Origin: an uncultured delta proteobacterium | GTDB taxonomy: Bacteria; Desulfobacterota; Desulfomonilia; Desulfomonilales; Desulfomonilaceae | Direction: 5' to 3' | DNA length: 64,000 nucleotides | Assembly: GCA_963789265.1 (NCBI GenBank) | Contig: CAWBKB010000003.1 | Span: 608,001-672,000 of the forward strand | In this document: one piece after another, positions 51,875 through 60,900 of the stretch | How the letters are laid out: each line of letters begins with the position of its first letter | Numbering within the stretch: the first letter of the stretch is position 1 | Notes under the pieces: model-generated | Databases searched by the model: none | Seen by the model: only the letters and a program-made list of their open reading frames with translations | What the model was told of the DNA's origin: nothing | Position numbers and translations under genes: made by a program

Positions 51875-52120
51875 GTCATTGGCCCGGAGGGACGTTCCGC
51901 CAGGGCGGGACTACTCTCGATTCGGTATCCGGGGGTGACGAATGACCGGCAGGATGCCGGCCCCACTGATGAGACGATTCTACGAGATCCGGGATCGTAT
52001 CGGTCTGCTCAAGGACGAACTGAGCTGAGTGCCACTCTTCGAGAACGAATTGCTATGAAAACTGTTTCCGGCCCGGTATTGTTCACCGAGTTCCGTTCGC
52101 GGGCACTGAAGCCATCCGCG

Positions 52121-54208
52121 TCACGAAACAATCTGCTCGGTGTAGGCCCCTCCCACCACTTTTCCGCTTTCGGTGATGACCCAGTCGAAAACTTCACCCT
52201 CGCTTATCTGAACGCGGCTCCCTTTGTGCAAATCTTTTCTCAACACCGGTGTGTTTTCCAGGTGCCCCACCAGGGCCTGACCTCGCCACGCCACCAGCGA
52301 TACCCACATCCATTCGTAAGCGTCTCCTTGCGCGGGGAAGCCCACCTTTACCGCATGTACGTGGCCGTGTGAGGGCTCGGCTTGCTTATGAAAACTCTGC
52401 TTGAATATAGGCAGACCGGCTCTGGCCTTTTTATGGGCTGTCAACAGCCTTTCCCTCACCGCCTCATTGCTTGTGTTTGGTGCAGTGTCGGGATTGATCG
52501 GCCCGGCGGGCGATTCGGCTTTTCGCCTAGAATTACGATCCGGGCTCGCCTTTGATTGCAACATCGTCAAGGCGTGTTTGATGGCAGCCGGACTTTGAGG
52601 ATCATAGTCCGAGACGTACGGGAGAATTCTCAGACTTCCCTCCGGGAAGTGATTCTCCTCGTCTCGGGGTCTAACTTCCATTCTAAAAAAGAAGGGCGTA
52701 TTTGGAATATTCAGCGGCTGTCCAAAATTCTGCCTCTTCTGTCTGCAATCAATGAGAGTCTCTCCCACGAGAGACAGCATTGCACGCGCAGATGGAGCCA
52801 AATCGGCCGGAACTTCTTCAATCTCAATTTCAGGGAGCCCGAATTTCTGCATCCCGTGGCTGTGAATCCAAACCATGCCCTCCTCGTCCAGGAGCTCAAA
52901 TTGAACATGGGATTCAACAAGCTTGTCCGGTGGTTCGTGTAAGTGCCTCTGCCACTGGCTGGTTCCCCATAGTGTGTGCGAGACCGCGTCCTGGACTATG
53001 CCGCCGGTGAGACCGCGCACTGCTTCCACGAACATCACCATAAAACTCAGATAATTGGGATGGGGGGCCTCGGGAACGGCAAGACGGAGTCTCACTATGA
53101 TTTTGGCCTCTGTGAGTTTTCTCCGGTCACTGTCGTCGAGATCCCTGGAGTTGAGAGGGATCAACTCTTCGGGGTAGTTGAACAGCTCTTTGGCATCCTG
53201 CTTTAGCACGTAGTCAATTGTCAGATTGTTCTTGTCGAGCATGGACTCCAGGAAGTTGAAAGCCGCATTCCGGCCGCTTTTGGCGGGTTGCTGTTCAGCA
53301 AGCCGGTCTTGGATGCCCTCCCATCGAGGAATTGCCGAACTGGGCGCGTAGATCCAATATTCCGTCAGCGCTTGAATCTTTTTTGTCGGGCCTCGTCCCG
53401 GTTCAAGGCCCTGGCCTTCTTTGTTTCGCTCGATGAGGTCCAGCTCGGGCCACTCACTTTTTTTTGGATGCTCCGGCGGCGCAACGAAACTTCGAGCCCG
53501 ATCGGTCAATGACTTCAGCCCGTCTCTTCCTGCACCGCCGAGTAAACGATGTATCTTCCCGTTTCCTCGAAAAAGGCTTCTTATTCCCAGGCCTTCCGAT
53601 CGCTTCAATTCCCTTCGAGCCTGTTTGACCAAGGGATTACGAGGGTCCATGTTCGGATGCGAGTCAAGCAACCTCCTGGCCTCCTCCACCTTCTCAATTC
53701 CAACAAGCGCCACCGCCAATTGAGCAACGTCGTCGTCTTGAATGCGGCCCGCAGACTCCACGAGCGCCCGCCCCACTGTGGCCGCCTCATGGAATTTCTG
53801 CTGAGCGATCAGCAAGGCCAACAACGCACGCATAATTTCAGGGTCGGCCGGGGACTCTTTACGTGCCTGAACAAGAAAATCTTCTGCTTTCTTTGTCTCT
53901 CCGAGCCCTGCGTACCCTACACCCAGTGCCTTGTTGATGTCCTCCATCGGACCGTAGTGGTGGACCAGGGATTCCAAAGCATAAACAACATCCCTTCCGA
54001 CGTCCCCTCCATTGAGAATTCTTCTACAAAACGCGAGCATTTTGTGACGAGCTTCTTCAGGAACGGCCTCGCCTGCTCCAGGAGTCCACTGTTTTGGTAC
54101 TTTCGAGTGGCAATGAGGACAGTTGAGAAAATCGTCTGATATTGATAAGAATCTTTCCTCAGACAAGGTTTGAATGTATCCGCATTCCGGGCATCTCACC
54201 TGGATCAT
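52121..54208 (-). CDS. Zinc-ribbon / TPR / DUF2314 (YegJ-like) multidomain protein
   Basis: CPEC...CPHC N-terminus, TPR-like helices, WIHSHGMQKFGLPEIE, C-terminal EWMWV...LENTP...DWV...GAYT. Confidence 0.7.
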   Translation of the reverse strand: MIQVRCPECGYIQTLSEERFLSISDDFLNCPHCHSKVPKQWTPGAGEAVPEEARHKMLAFCRRILNGGDVGRDVVYALESLVHHYGPMEDINKALGVGYAGLGETKKAEDFLVQARKESPADPEIMRALLALLIAQQKFHEAATVGRALVESAGRIQDDDVAQLAVALVGIEKVEEARRLLDSHPNMDPRNPLVKQARRELKRSEGLGIRSLFRGNGKIHRLLGGAGRDGLKSLTDRARSFVAPPEHPKKSEWPELDLIERNKEGQGLEPGRGPTKKIQALTEYWIYAPSSAIPRWEGIQDRLAEQQPAKSGRNAAFNFLESMLDKNNLTIDYVLKQDAKELFNYPEELIPLNSRDLDDSDRRKLTEAKIIVRLRLAVPEAPHPNYLSFMVMFVEAVRGLTGGIVQDAVSHTLWGTSQWQRHLHEPPDKLVESHVQFELLDEEGMVWIHSHGMQKFGLPEIEIEEVPADLAPSARAMLSLVGETLIDCRQKRQNFGQPLNIPNTPFFFRMEVRPRDEENHFPEGSLRILPYVSDYDPQSPAAIKHALTMLQSKASPDRNSRRKAESPAGPINPDTAPNTSNEAVRERLLTAHKKARAGLPIFKQSFHKQAEPSHGHVHAVKVGFPAQGDAYEWMWVSLVAWRGQALVGHLENTPVLRKDLHKGSRVQISEGEVFDWVITESGKVVGGAYTEQIVS

Positions 54209-54378
54209 GTGCAAGCTCCTCACCAAAAACCGACTAAACCGGCATGGCCGCAGCACGTTACGGCTGAAGACGTGAGATAACTTTCACAAAAATATACAAG
54301 TGTCAAGAAAAACAGTTATAATTACCAGAAACCAAGAATATGAAATGAAATGAAACGCAAAGGAAAAAACGCTCTCTG

Positions 54379-56235
54379 ATGTGCGGAATCTCTGGAATCG
54401 TCGACTTTTACGATGGGCCTTCGGCTGAAACGGTCGAGCAAATGGCTCTTGCCCTTCGTCACCGAGGTCCGGATACTGGCGGTGTGTGCTCGTTCGGTTC
54501 ATGCGTTCTTGGGCATCGGCGCCTGTCGATACTCGACCTTTCTGATTGCGCGAAACAGCCCATGCTGTCACGAGATGGGATGATTGCCCTAGTCTTTAAC
54601 GGCGAGATCTACAACTTTCATGAAATCCGCAGCCGACTCGAAAGTAGCGGCCATCGTTTCCGAAGCCGCTCCGACACCGAGGTTATTCTTGAACTCTATC
54701 TCGAAAAGCAAGAAGCTCTCGTCGAAGACCTCAACGGCATGTTCGCCCTCGCTATATGGGATGAACGCAAGAAGAGTCTTTTTCTGGCCAGGGATAGACT
54801 TGGGAAAAAACCTCTGTACTATCATCACAAGGACGGCCGACTGACTTTTTCCTCGGAACTGTTTTCTTTGATTCAAGACACGACTGTTCCGCGAGACATC
54901 TCGGAGCAAGCGCTGTCCGAGTATCTTCTTTACGATTTCATCCCGGGCCCGCACTCGATTTTTCAAGGAGTCCACAAGTTACCGGCCACGCGTACGGCCA
55001 CCTTTGATACTCAAGGTCTCCGTGTTGAGCAATATTGGGGACTACCCGGGCCTGAGAATTGCGCGGATTATCAGGCACGCACTACACTGCTCGAAGAATT
55101 GATCTCGGATGCAGTCCAGATGCGCCTTGTATCGGATGTGCCCCTTGGATCATTCCTAAGCGGCGGAATCGATTCTACTCTCGTCACGGCCTTGATGAGG
55201 CGCAACGACTCGGACAGGATAAAGACCTTTAGCATTTCATTTCCGGGAACCAGCTATGACGAATCTAAATGGTCCCAACTGGCAGCGAAGGAACTCGGAA
55301 CCGACCACCACCAGTACCCGGTGGAATATGACATCGAAGGAGTGTTCTCACGGATTATTCGCCACTTCGGAGAGCCGTTCGGGGACTCTTCCGCCATACC
55401 TACCTGGCACCTGTGCCTGCGGACGAGAGAGCACGTGACTGTTGCCCTCTCGGGGGACGGCGGCGACGAGTTGTTCGGGGGGTACGAGCGCTATTTGGCC
55501 CGCCGCTTCCAGTTGATGTACGATATGCTCCCATCCGCTTTCCGAGAGCATCTGCTGGAACCTCTCATTAACCGACTTCCCGGAAGCACGGACTACTACG
55601 GCGTTAGTTTGAGCAAGAAGCTGAAGTTATTCGTTCAAGCCTCAAAGCGGATACGCGAAAATCCACTGGCAGTGGTCCCTCGTACTTTTTCCGGGGAGGA
55701 ACTGATCCACCTCACAGGGGCTAATTACCAGCTCGATATCGACCCGGTACTGTCGGCCGCTCGGCAGTGGATCGGCCTTGATCCGGTCAGTCGAATGTTG
55801 TTCACCGATATTCAAACCTATCTCGGTGAGGATATTCTCACGAAAGTGGACCGGATGAGCATGGCTCATTCTCTCGAAGTTCGCGCTCCGCTCCTTGATT
55901 ACCGCGTCGTGGAGTTTGCGTGCCGTTTGCCTTTGGCATTCAAGATAAAGGGGGCCACTACAAAAAGGATTCTCAGAGACGCAGCGCGCGGCCACGTGCC
56001 GGAGCCCATTCTCAAGCGGTCCAAATACGGCTTTCAAATCCCTCTTGGTACCTGGTTCAAGGAAGGACTTCGGGCATGGGCGCAACAGAGGCTGTTTGAC
56101 CGCGCTCATGGCTTTTTTCAGGAAAAGAGCCTCGAAAAGATCTGGGAAGACCATCAGCGCGGACGAACAGATAATGCCCATAAGATCTGGCTGCTTATAT
56201 TCTTTAACGAATGGTACGATCAATTCGCCGGATGA
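54379..56235 (+). CDS. asnB: Asparagine synthase (glutamine-hydrolysing) family amidotransferase
   Basis: MCGI, HRGPD, HRRLSI, FNGEIYN, LSGGIDS, SGDGGDE, KVDRMSMAHSLEVRAP. Confidence 0.92.
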   Translation: MCGISGIVDFYDGPSAETVEQMALALRHRGPDTGGVCSFGSCVLGHRRLSILDLSDCAKQPMLSRDGMIALVFNGEIYNFHEIRSRLESSGHRFRSRSDTEVILELYLEKQEALVEDLNGMFALAIWDERKKSLFLARDRLGKKPLYYHHKDGRLTFSSELFSLIQDTTVPRDISEQALSEYLLYDFIPGPHSIFQGVHKLPATRTATFDTQGLRVEQYWGLPGPENCADYQARTTLLEELISDAVQMRLVSDVPLGSFLSGGIDSTLVTALMRRNDSDRIKTFSISFPGTSYDESKWSQLAAKELGTDHHQYPVEYDIEGVFSRIIRHFGEPFGDSSAIPTWHLCLRTREHVTVALSGDGGDELFGGYERYLARRFQLMYDMLPSAFREHLLEPLINRLPGSTDYYGVSLSKKLKLFVQASKRIRENPLAVVPRTFSGEELIHLTGANYQLDIDPVLSAARQWIGLDPVSRMLFTDIQTYLGEDILTKVDRMSMAHSLEVRAPLLDYRVVEFACRLPLAFKIKGATTKRILRDAARGHVPEPILKRSKYGFQIPLGTWFKEGLRAWAQQRLFDRAHGFFQEKSLEKIWEDHQRGRTDNAHKIWLLIFFNEWYDQFAG

Positions 56236-56296
56236 CCTGAGCAGGAATTGCAGAAGATTGTAAATTCGGCATCGCACAGTTCAGCTTCTTGTAACA

Positions 56297-56464
56297 GAGC
56301 ATCGGGTAAACCTGAAAGCGGAGCTTGAGATTCGCCACTTGAACGCTAAAATCGATCAGTTATTGACAAAACATTGGAGCAGATTACTGGAAACCCAGCA
56401 GGTGCAGATAGGGTTGCTGAAGGCCACAGCACGGGATGTTCGGCAACGGAACACAGAAATGTAG
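56297..56464 (+). pseudogene. C-terminal remnant of a DUF1003 protein
   Basis: Manual translation EHRVNLKAELEIRHLNAKIDQLLTKHWSRLLETQQVQIGLL...*; no start codon (in-frame TAA at 56261). Confidence 0.65.
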
Positions 56465-56504
56465 ATACTTGCGCCAATTTCCTGGTAATTTGGAGTATGT
56501 CGTA

Positions 56505-57359
56505 ATGAAAGAAAACTGCCCAAGTAAGACTGCCGAGAGCGTTGCAAGGCGACGCGCTGCGCATCAGATTTTTGACGATCCTACGGTATTTTCCGATCCC
56601 ATCGCGCTTAAAATAATCCCCGCGGATACCGAGGCGGCCATGGAGTCAGATCCACAGGGATTGGAACAGACTCCATGGTCGCGCTATCTCCGGGCCTCCG
56701 TGGCGGCACGAAGTCGATATGCCGAGGACCAGCTCGACATTGCCGTCAAAAGGGGCGTCCGCCAATATGTCATTCTCGGCGCGGGACTTGACACCTTCGC
56801 CTACCGCAATCCATATCCCGAGGATATTCTACTTGTCTTTGAAGTAGACCATTCGGCCACCCAGGTCTGGAAGCGCGCTCTACTTGATGAAGGTGGCATC
56901 CAAGCTCCCGTCAGCCTCACTTTTGTGCCGGTGGACTTTGAAACCCAAATCCTTGAGAGAGAGCTGCAACGAGCAGGTTTTAAGGCCAATGAGCCAGGCT
57001 TTTTCTCATGGCTTGGAGTGACCCCATATCTTACGAATGAGGCGATCGCGGACACGTTACGATTTGTTGCCTCCATGCCGGTCGGAAGCGTAATTGTTTT
57101 CGATTATATGATTTCGCCGTCTCTGCTTAGTCCCGTTTCTCGGCAGGCTTTTGAGGAGTTGGCACATCGCGTGGACTTGGTTGGCGAGCCCTTCCGGACT
57201 TATTTCGATCCGTCTTCTCTTGAGATCACTCTGAAGGCAATGGGTTTCGGACAGATCGAGGACGTCGGACCTTCGGAAATCAATGCTCGATACTTTAGCG
57301 GACGCGCGGACGAGTTGAAGGTCGGGGACGGGGTGCACATAATGAAGGCGCAGGTATGA
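56505..57359 (+). CDS. SAM-dependent methyltransferase (LCM/TIGR00027 family)
   Basis: TAESVARRRA, DPIA, RSRYAED, QYVILGAGLDT, FEVD, GVTPYL. Confidence 0.88.
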   Translation: MKENCPSKTAESVARRRAAHQIFDDPTVFSDPIALKIIPADTEAAMESDPQGLEQTPWSRYLRASVAARSRYAEDQLDIAVKRGVRQYVILGAGLDTFAYRNPYPEDILLVFEVDHSATQVWKRALLDEGGIQAPVSLTFVPVDFETQILERELQRAGFKANEPGFFSWLGVTPYLTNEAIADTLRFVASMPVGSVIVFDYMISPSLLSPVSRQAFEELAHRVDLVGEPFRTYFDPSSLEITLKAMGFGQIEDVGPSEINARYFSGRADELKVGDGVHIMKAQV

Positions 57360-57606
57360 TGCGGCAGGCAAAACGGTCAAAAAGCCGGCATGAGCGCGGT
57401 GTACCATGCTCCTACGCAGAGTTGGGCTGAAGCCATGTATCACCACGCACAAATGAGTCAGTCCAACTTCCTTCGCGTAAATAAACGATCACGAGCTTAT
57501 CTTTGTTGACTTTGATCACGAATTGGTGCTAATAGTAATGTAGTTTCAAAGTATTGGAGCTCAATCATATTCTGGGTCCACAACAATCCTATGTTACCGT
57601 AGGATT

Positions 57607-58464
57607 GTGGAAGCTAAGATGTTCATTAAGTTTTGGGGAGTTCATGGAAGCCTCCCCAGGCCCGGCCCCTCGACTATAAAATATGGCGGAAACACCGCGT
57701 GTGTTGAGGTTCGCTGCGCCGGCACTCTGATTATTTTCGACGCGGGTACAGGCATCCGCGAACTGGGAGAGGATCTCCTAAGGCACCAGAAGTGCTGTTC
57801 CGGCACGGGTTGCGGTATTTGTGCTCACATCTTCTTTTCACACCTCCATTGGGACCATGTTCAGGGATTTCCTTTCTTCGATCCTGTTTATAAGCCGGGC
57901 AATGAATTTCACCTTTATGGGGCACGCGGCCTTAATGTCACTGTGCGTCGGATCATGAGCGATCAAATGTGCCGGCCGAACTTCCCTGTGGACCTCAGCG
58001 ACCTGGCCGCGTCCATAAGCTTCCACAATCTGCGTCCCGGAGAACAGCTTGCCATCGACAACGTGCAGATACAGACGGCAATGCTGAATCACCCGGGAGG
58101 AGGGCTCGGTTACAGGCTCCAAGACTCAAATGGGAAAACCGTTGTGTACGCTTCCGATATGGAATGCGTGCAGGGGGTCGTATCTGAGATGTTGGACCTG
58201 GCCCGTGATGCCGACGTGCTGATCTGTGACAGCATGTTCACACCAGAGCAATACCTTGGTCTCTGGGATGACCTTTCCAGGGAGTCTTGGGGCCACAGCA
58301 CCTGGGAAGGCGCGGTGGAATTCGCTTTGGCGGCGGATGTACGGCAATTAGTCTTGTTCCATCATGGCAACGACGATTGCGTGGTGGAACAAATCGAGGC
58401 CAAAGCCCGAGCAAGATTTTCCCGGACCGTGGCAGCCTATGAAGGACTCGAAATTGAGTTATAG
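57607..58464 (+). CDS. MBL-fold metallo-hydrolase
   Basis: WGVHGS, GGNTAC, DAGTG, HLHWDH, HPG, GHS, LFHH. Confidence 0.88.
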   Translation: MEAKMFIKFWGVHGSLPRPGPSTIKYGGNTACVEVRCAGTLIIFDAGTGIRELGEDLLRHQKCCSGTGCGICAHIFFSHLHWDHVQGFPFFDPVYKPGNEFHLYGARGLNVTVRRIMSDQMCRPNFPVDLSDLAASISFHNLRPGEQLAIDNVQIQTAMLNHPGGGLGYRLQDSNGKTVVYASDMECVQGVVSEMLDLARDADVLICDSMFTPEQYLGLWDDLSRESWGHSTWEGAVEFALAADVRQLVLFHHGNDDCVVEQIEAKARARFSRTVAAYEGLEIEL

Positions 58465-58562
58465 ATATCGGCTGTAAGCTTGCTTGTCGGCAATGCTCTT
58501 AAATTCCGGTTTATAGCAATGCCAAAAATTTTGTCCGATTCGGAGGATAAAATCCGGGGATT

Positions 58563-58619
58563 GTGGGGGCGATTCCGCTGGACGCGTGACCGCCCTGGGT
58601 TATTGCCATTCGCCCCTAC
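58563..58619. repeat. REP-like doublet between convergent genes
   Basis: GTGGGGGCGA...TCGCCCCTAC. Confidence 0.55.
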
Positions 58620-58752
58620 AACGTCCCGCTGATAAAAGGACATCGTTTATGGCAACTGCTCTATGTGGCAAGGCGCGCTGTCCCCGATTTTCCACCGCTC
58701 TTTGTATCGCAGGCAAAGATCCACGACATCTCTCTCGGCGTGCAAAAATAGG

Positions 58753-59802
58753 TTAGATCCTGTCCTTGATAACGTGAAATGACACCGTGGCCGCGGTAAC
58801 CATGCTCCGCCCCGTGTACAAAAAGCTGGCCAGACCGATCAACTGCAGAAAGATAATTGCGGCAGGATCCCACAGTGAAAGCATTCCCGCCGTGACATCC
58901 GCAGTGGGAAGTGGTTCCGGGGCAAGCATCGCTACCAGAAGAACAACATAAACAATGGCCAAGGCCGCCATGATTTGATAAGTGGTGACTTTGCCGCCGC
59001 CCCTGTAGTCAGCTCGCAAAATTTCAGATGAGGCCCGCCAGGCTTGAGTTACCACGAGGACCAGGATAAGGGCCGTAGAATAATAGCTCTTCAAATAAAG
59101 GAAAGTCCCGACAAGGCTCACCGCAAGGTACATGGTGGATGTAACAGCTTGTATCGGAACAACGCTATCGCCCTCTAAACCGCCTTCGTAAGCAATCTTC
59201 TTGGTCTTACCCGAAAAAACAAAAGGGTACCCATTGAAGGTCCGCCGTATCCAAGGCCGGCACTGCGATAACGGCTTTCCGTAGCAGCAACCAAAACTTA
59301 TGCAAGCTAGACGTCCCAGACCTTCTCCCATGCCATAGGCTATGGAGATCGCGGCAAGCGTTGGAAGCAAAGGCACGTGGTTCGACTGCGCTCCGAAGAC
59401 CCGGTCCACGAACCACACTATGGCAGGAGCCACAAGTATACCCAGAAAAGAAGCCCCTGCTATAGTAAGAGTGTGAGGCTTCTTCTCGACTAAGCGAGCC
59501 ACCACTTTCGCCGCGGGCAAACAAAGTGCGAAGACTAATCCCACGATCATGATTCTGGCTTGCAGAGGGACCCGGATTGCGGCCAACAGCACGAATATGA
59601 TTAGCACGGCCACCACAGCGGCCAATGCGCTGAAAAAGCCGTAGTAGGTCAGGTTAACACCTCTCCAGCTATCCATGCCGTTCTTGGAAATAGGAATGGA
59701 TGCCAAAATTTGCCATTGTTCTGAGGGCAGAGCCCTGAAGGCCCACCCGAGTAACAGGCCGAAAAATATGGCTAGCGCCAGGACGAAGAACTCATCATAC
59801 AT
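58753..59802 (-). CDS. Divergent prolipoprotein diacylglyceryl transferase (Lgt)-like membrane protein
   Basis: Multi-TM protein; YYG, GRLACISFGCCYG (Lgt signature variant), PIQ, WRASSEILRAD. Confidence 0.75.
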   Translation of the reverse strand: MYDEFFVLALAIFFGLLLGWAFRALPSEQWQILASIPISKNGMDSWRGVNLTYYGFFSALAAVVAVLIIFVLLAAIRVPLQARIMIVGLVFALCLPAAKVVARLVEKKPHTLTIAGASFLGILVAPAIVWFVDRVFGAQSNHVPLLPTLAAISIAYGMGEGLGRLACISFGCCYGKPLSQCRPWIRRTFNGYPFVFSGKTKKIAYEGGLEGDSVVPIQAVTSTMYLAVSLVGTFLYLKSYYSTALILVLVVTQAWRASSEILRADYRGGGKVTTYQIMAALAIVYVVLLVAMLAPEPLPTADVTAGMLSLWDPAAIIFLQLIGLASFLYTGRSMVTAATVSFHVIKDRI

Positions 59803-59882
59803 TTCGTCAGTTCCTCATAATCATTGAAGCCGCCCGCTTATCACCGGCGGAATCCATTGGGAAATGGCTTAAATGACCCATG

Positions 59883-60886
59883 TCACCGTGCACAGGTAGT
59901 CCCGATAACAGATCGCACCTTTAAATCAGTTTCCACCAACGATTGCCCGAAACCTTTCGAGAAACGACTCTGGACACCCATCAGACCAAGATTGCGGACA
60001 AGGTCCTCCGAGAATTCAACTCGCCGACTTTGAAACAGGAGCACATCAGTACCTGCTGCCGGGACGAAACAGGCTCTTGGGCAATCCTTTGCCCAAAAAC
60101 AGTCCTACAGCCGCCGGCCGCGGGTTTTCATATCGCGTTTCGCTGTAGGCTTGAACGATCTCGCCGATCATAAGGGCCACGATTTCTATCATTGCAACAA
60201 GACCGGCGCCCGTTCCACCCGGAACGTCCGTATCTATGATCGTCACCACACGCTTATTTTTTGAAAACGGCGTAACCACGGTTACTACCGCACCGGGATT
60301 GCACGAGTGATAACCTCCGGGAATTTCGTACACATCCACTACCTGCCCTGCAACAGGGGTGTGGTTGTAATGATATTTTTCCGGAGTCAGCCTGAAGATT
60401 GCAAAATCGCCGTGAGAGAATGCATCGATCCACCGGCGCTTGTCTCTGCCTAGGAGTTCTTCCAATTCGAAGAATTTCTCCTTGAGAAACAAGCCCGAAA
60501 TCTCGCTCAATGAACCGAATATGACCCTGGAATCAGCCGGAGAAACTACCGCGCCTGGGGATTCGGGCATCGGCCGGAGTTCCCAGTAACGGATTTGACG
60601 CTCGAAGATCTTTCTAGATGTGGTCAGTTTCTTTCGGGGCAATGCATTCACTAAGATCTACACCGGATTTTCGCAACGAAATCATAGTCCGACGATCAAG
60701 GAACCCGTCGTAGTTGACCGCGGCGAGCAGGCTGGAAACTCGGGGACCGGTAAGCGCCCGGAAGAGGATTGGGATTCTCTCTCTGGCTACAGAGTACAGG
60801 AGCCGAATCGGTTTATCTCCTACGAGTTCCTCGGTGCAGATACGGCCGGTTTCTCGCTCTACAAATTGGTGTAGCATGATTGTCAT
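59883..60886 (-). CDS. psd: Phosphatidylserine decarboxylase-family pyruvoyl enzyme (frameshifts near 60635 and 60052)
   Basis: SPAD, FRLTPEKYHYNHTP, NKRV; after correcting one base, FRPGSSTDVLLF (GS|ST cleavage site), ending ...VIGTTCAR*. Confidence 0.82.
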
Positions 60887-60900
60887 TCGTGCCGAGCTTC

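Noticed and set aside
54379..56235. AsnB homologue as a lasso-peptide cyclase
   Set aside because: It retains the N-terminal Cys glutaminase domain (MCGI), and no leader peptidase, RRE or precursor is nearby.
60046..60060. In-frame TGA in psd (and in rsfS at 8409) as selenocysteine or programmed recoding
   Set aside because: Conserved sequence continues in a different frame just before the TGA (GSSTDV; EFYDLE), so these are indels.
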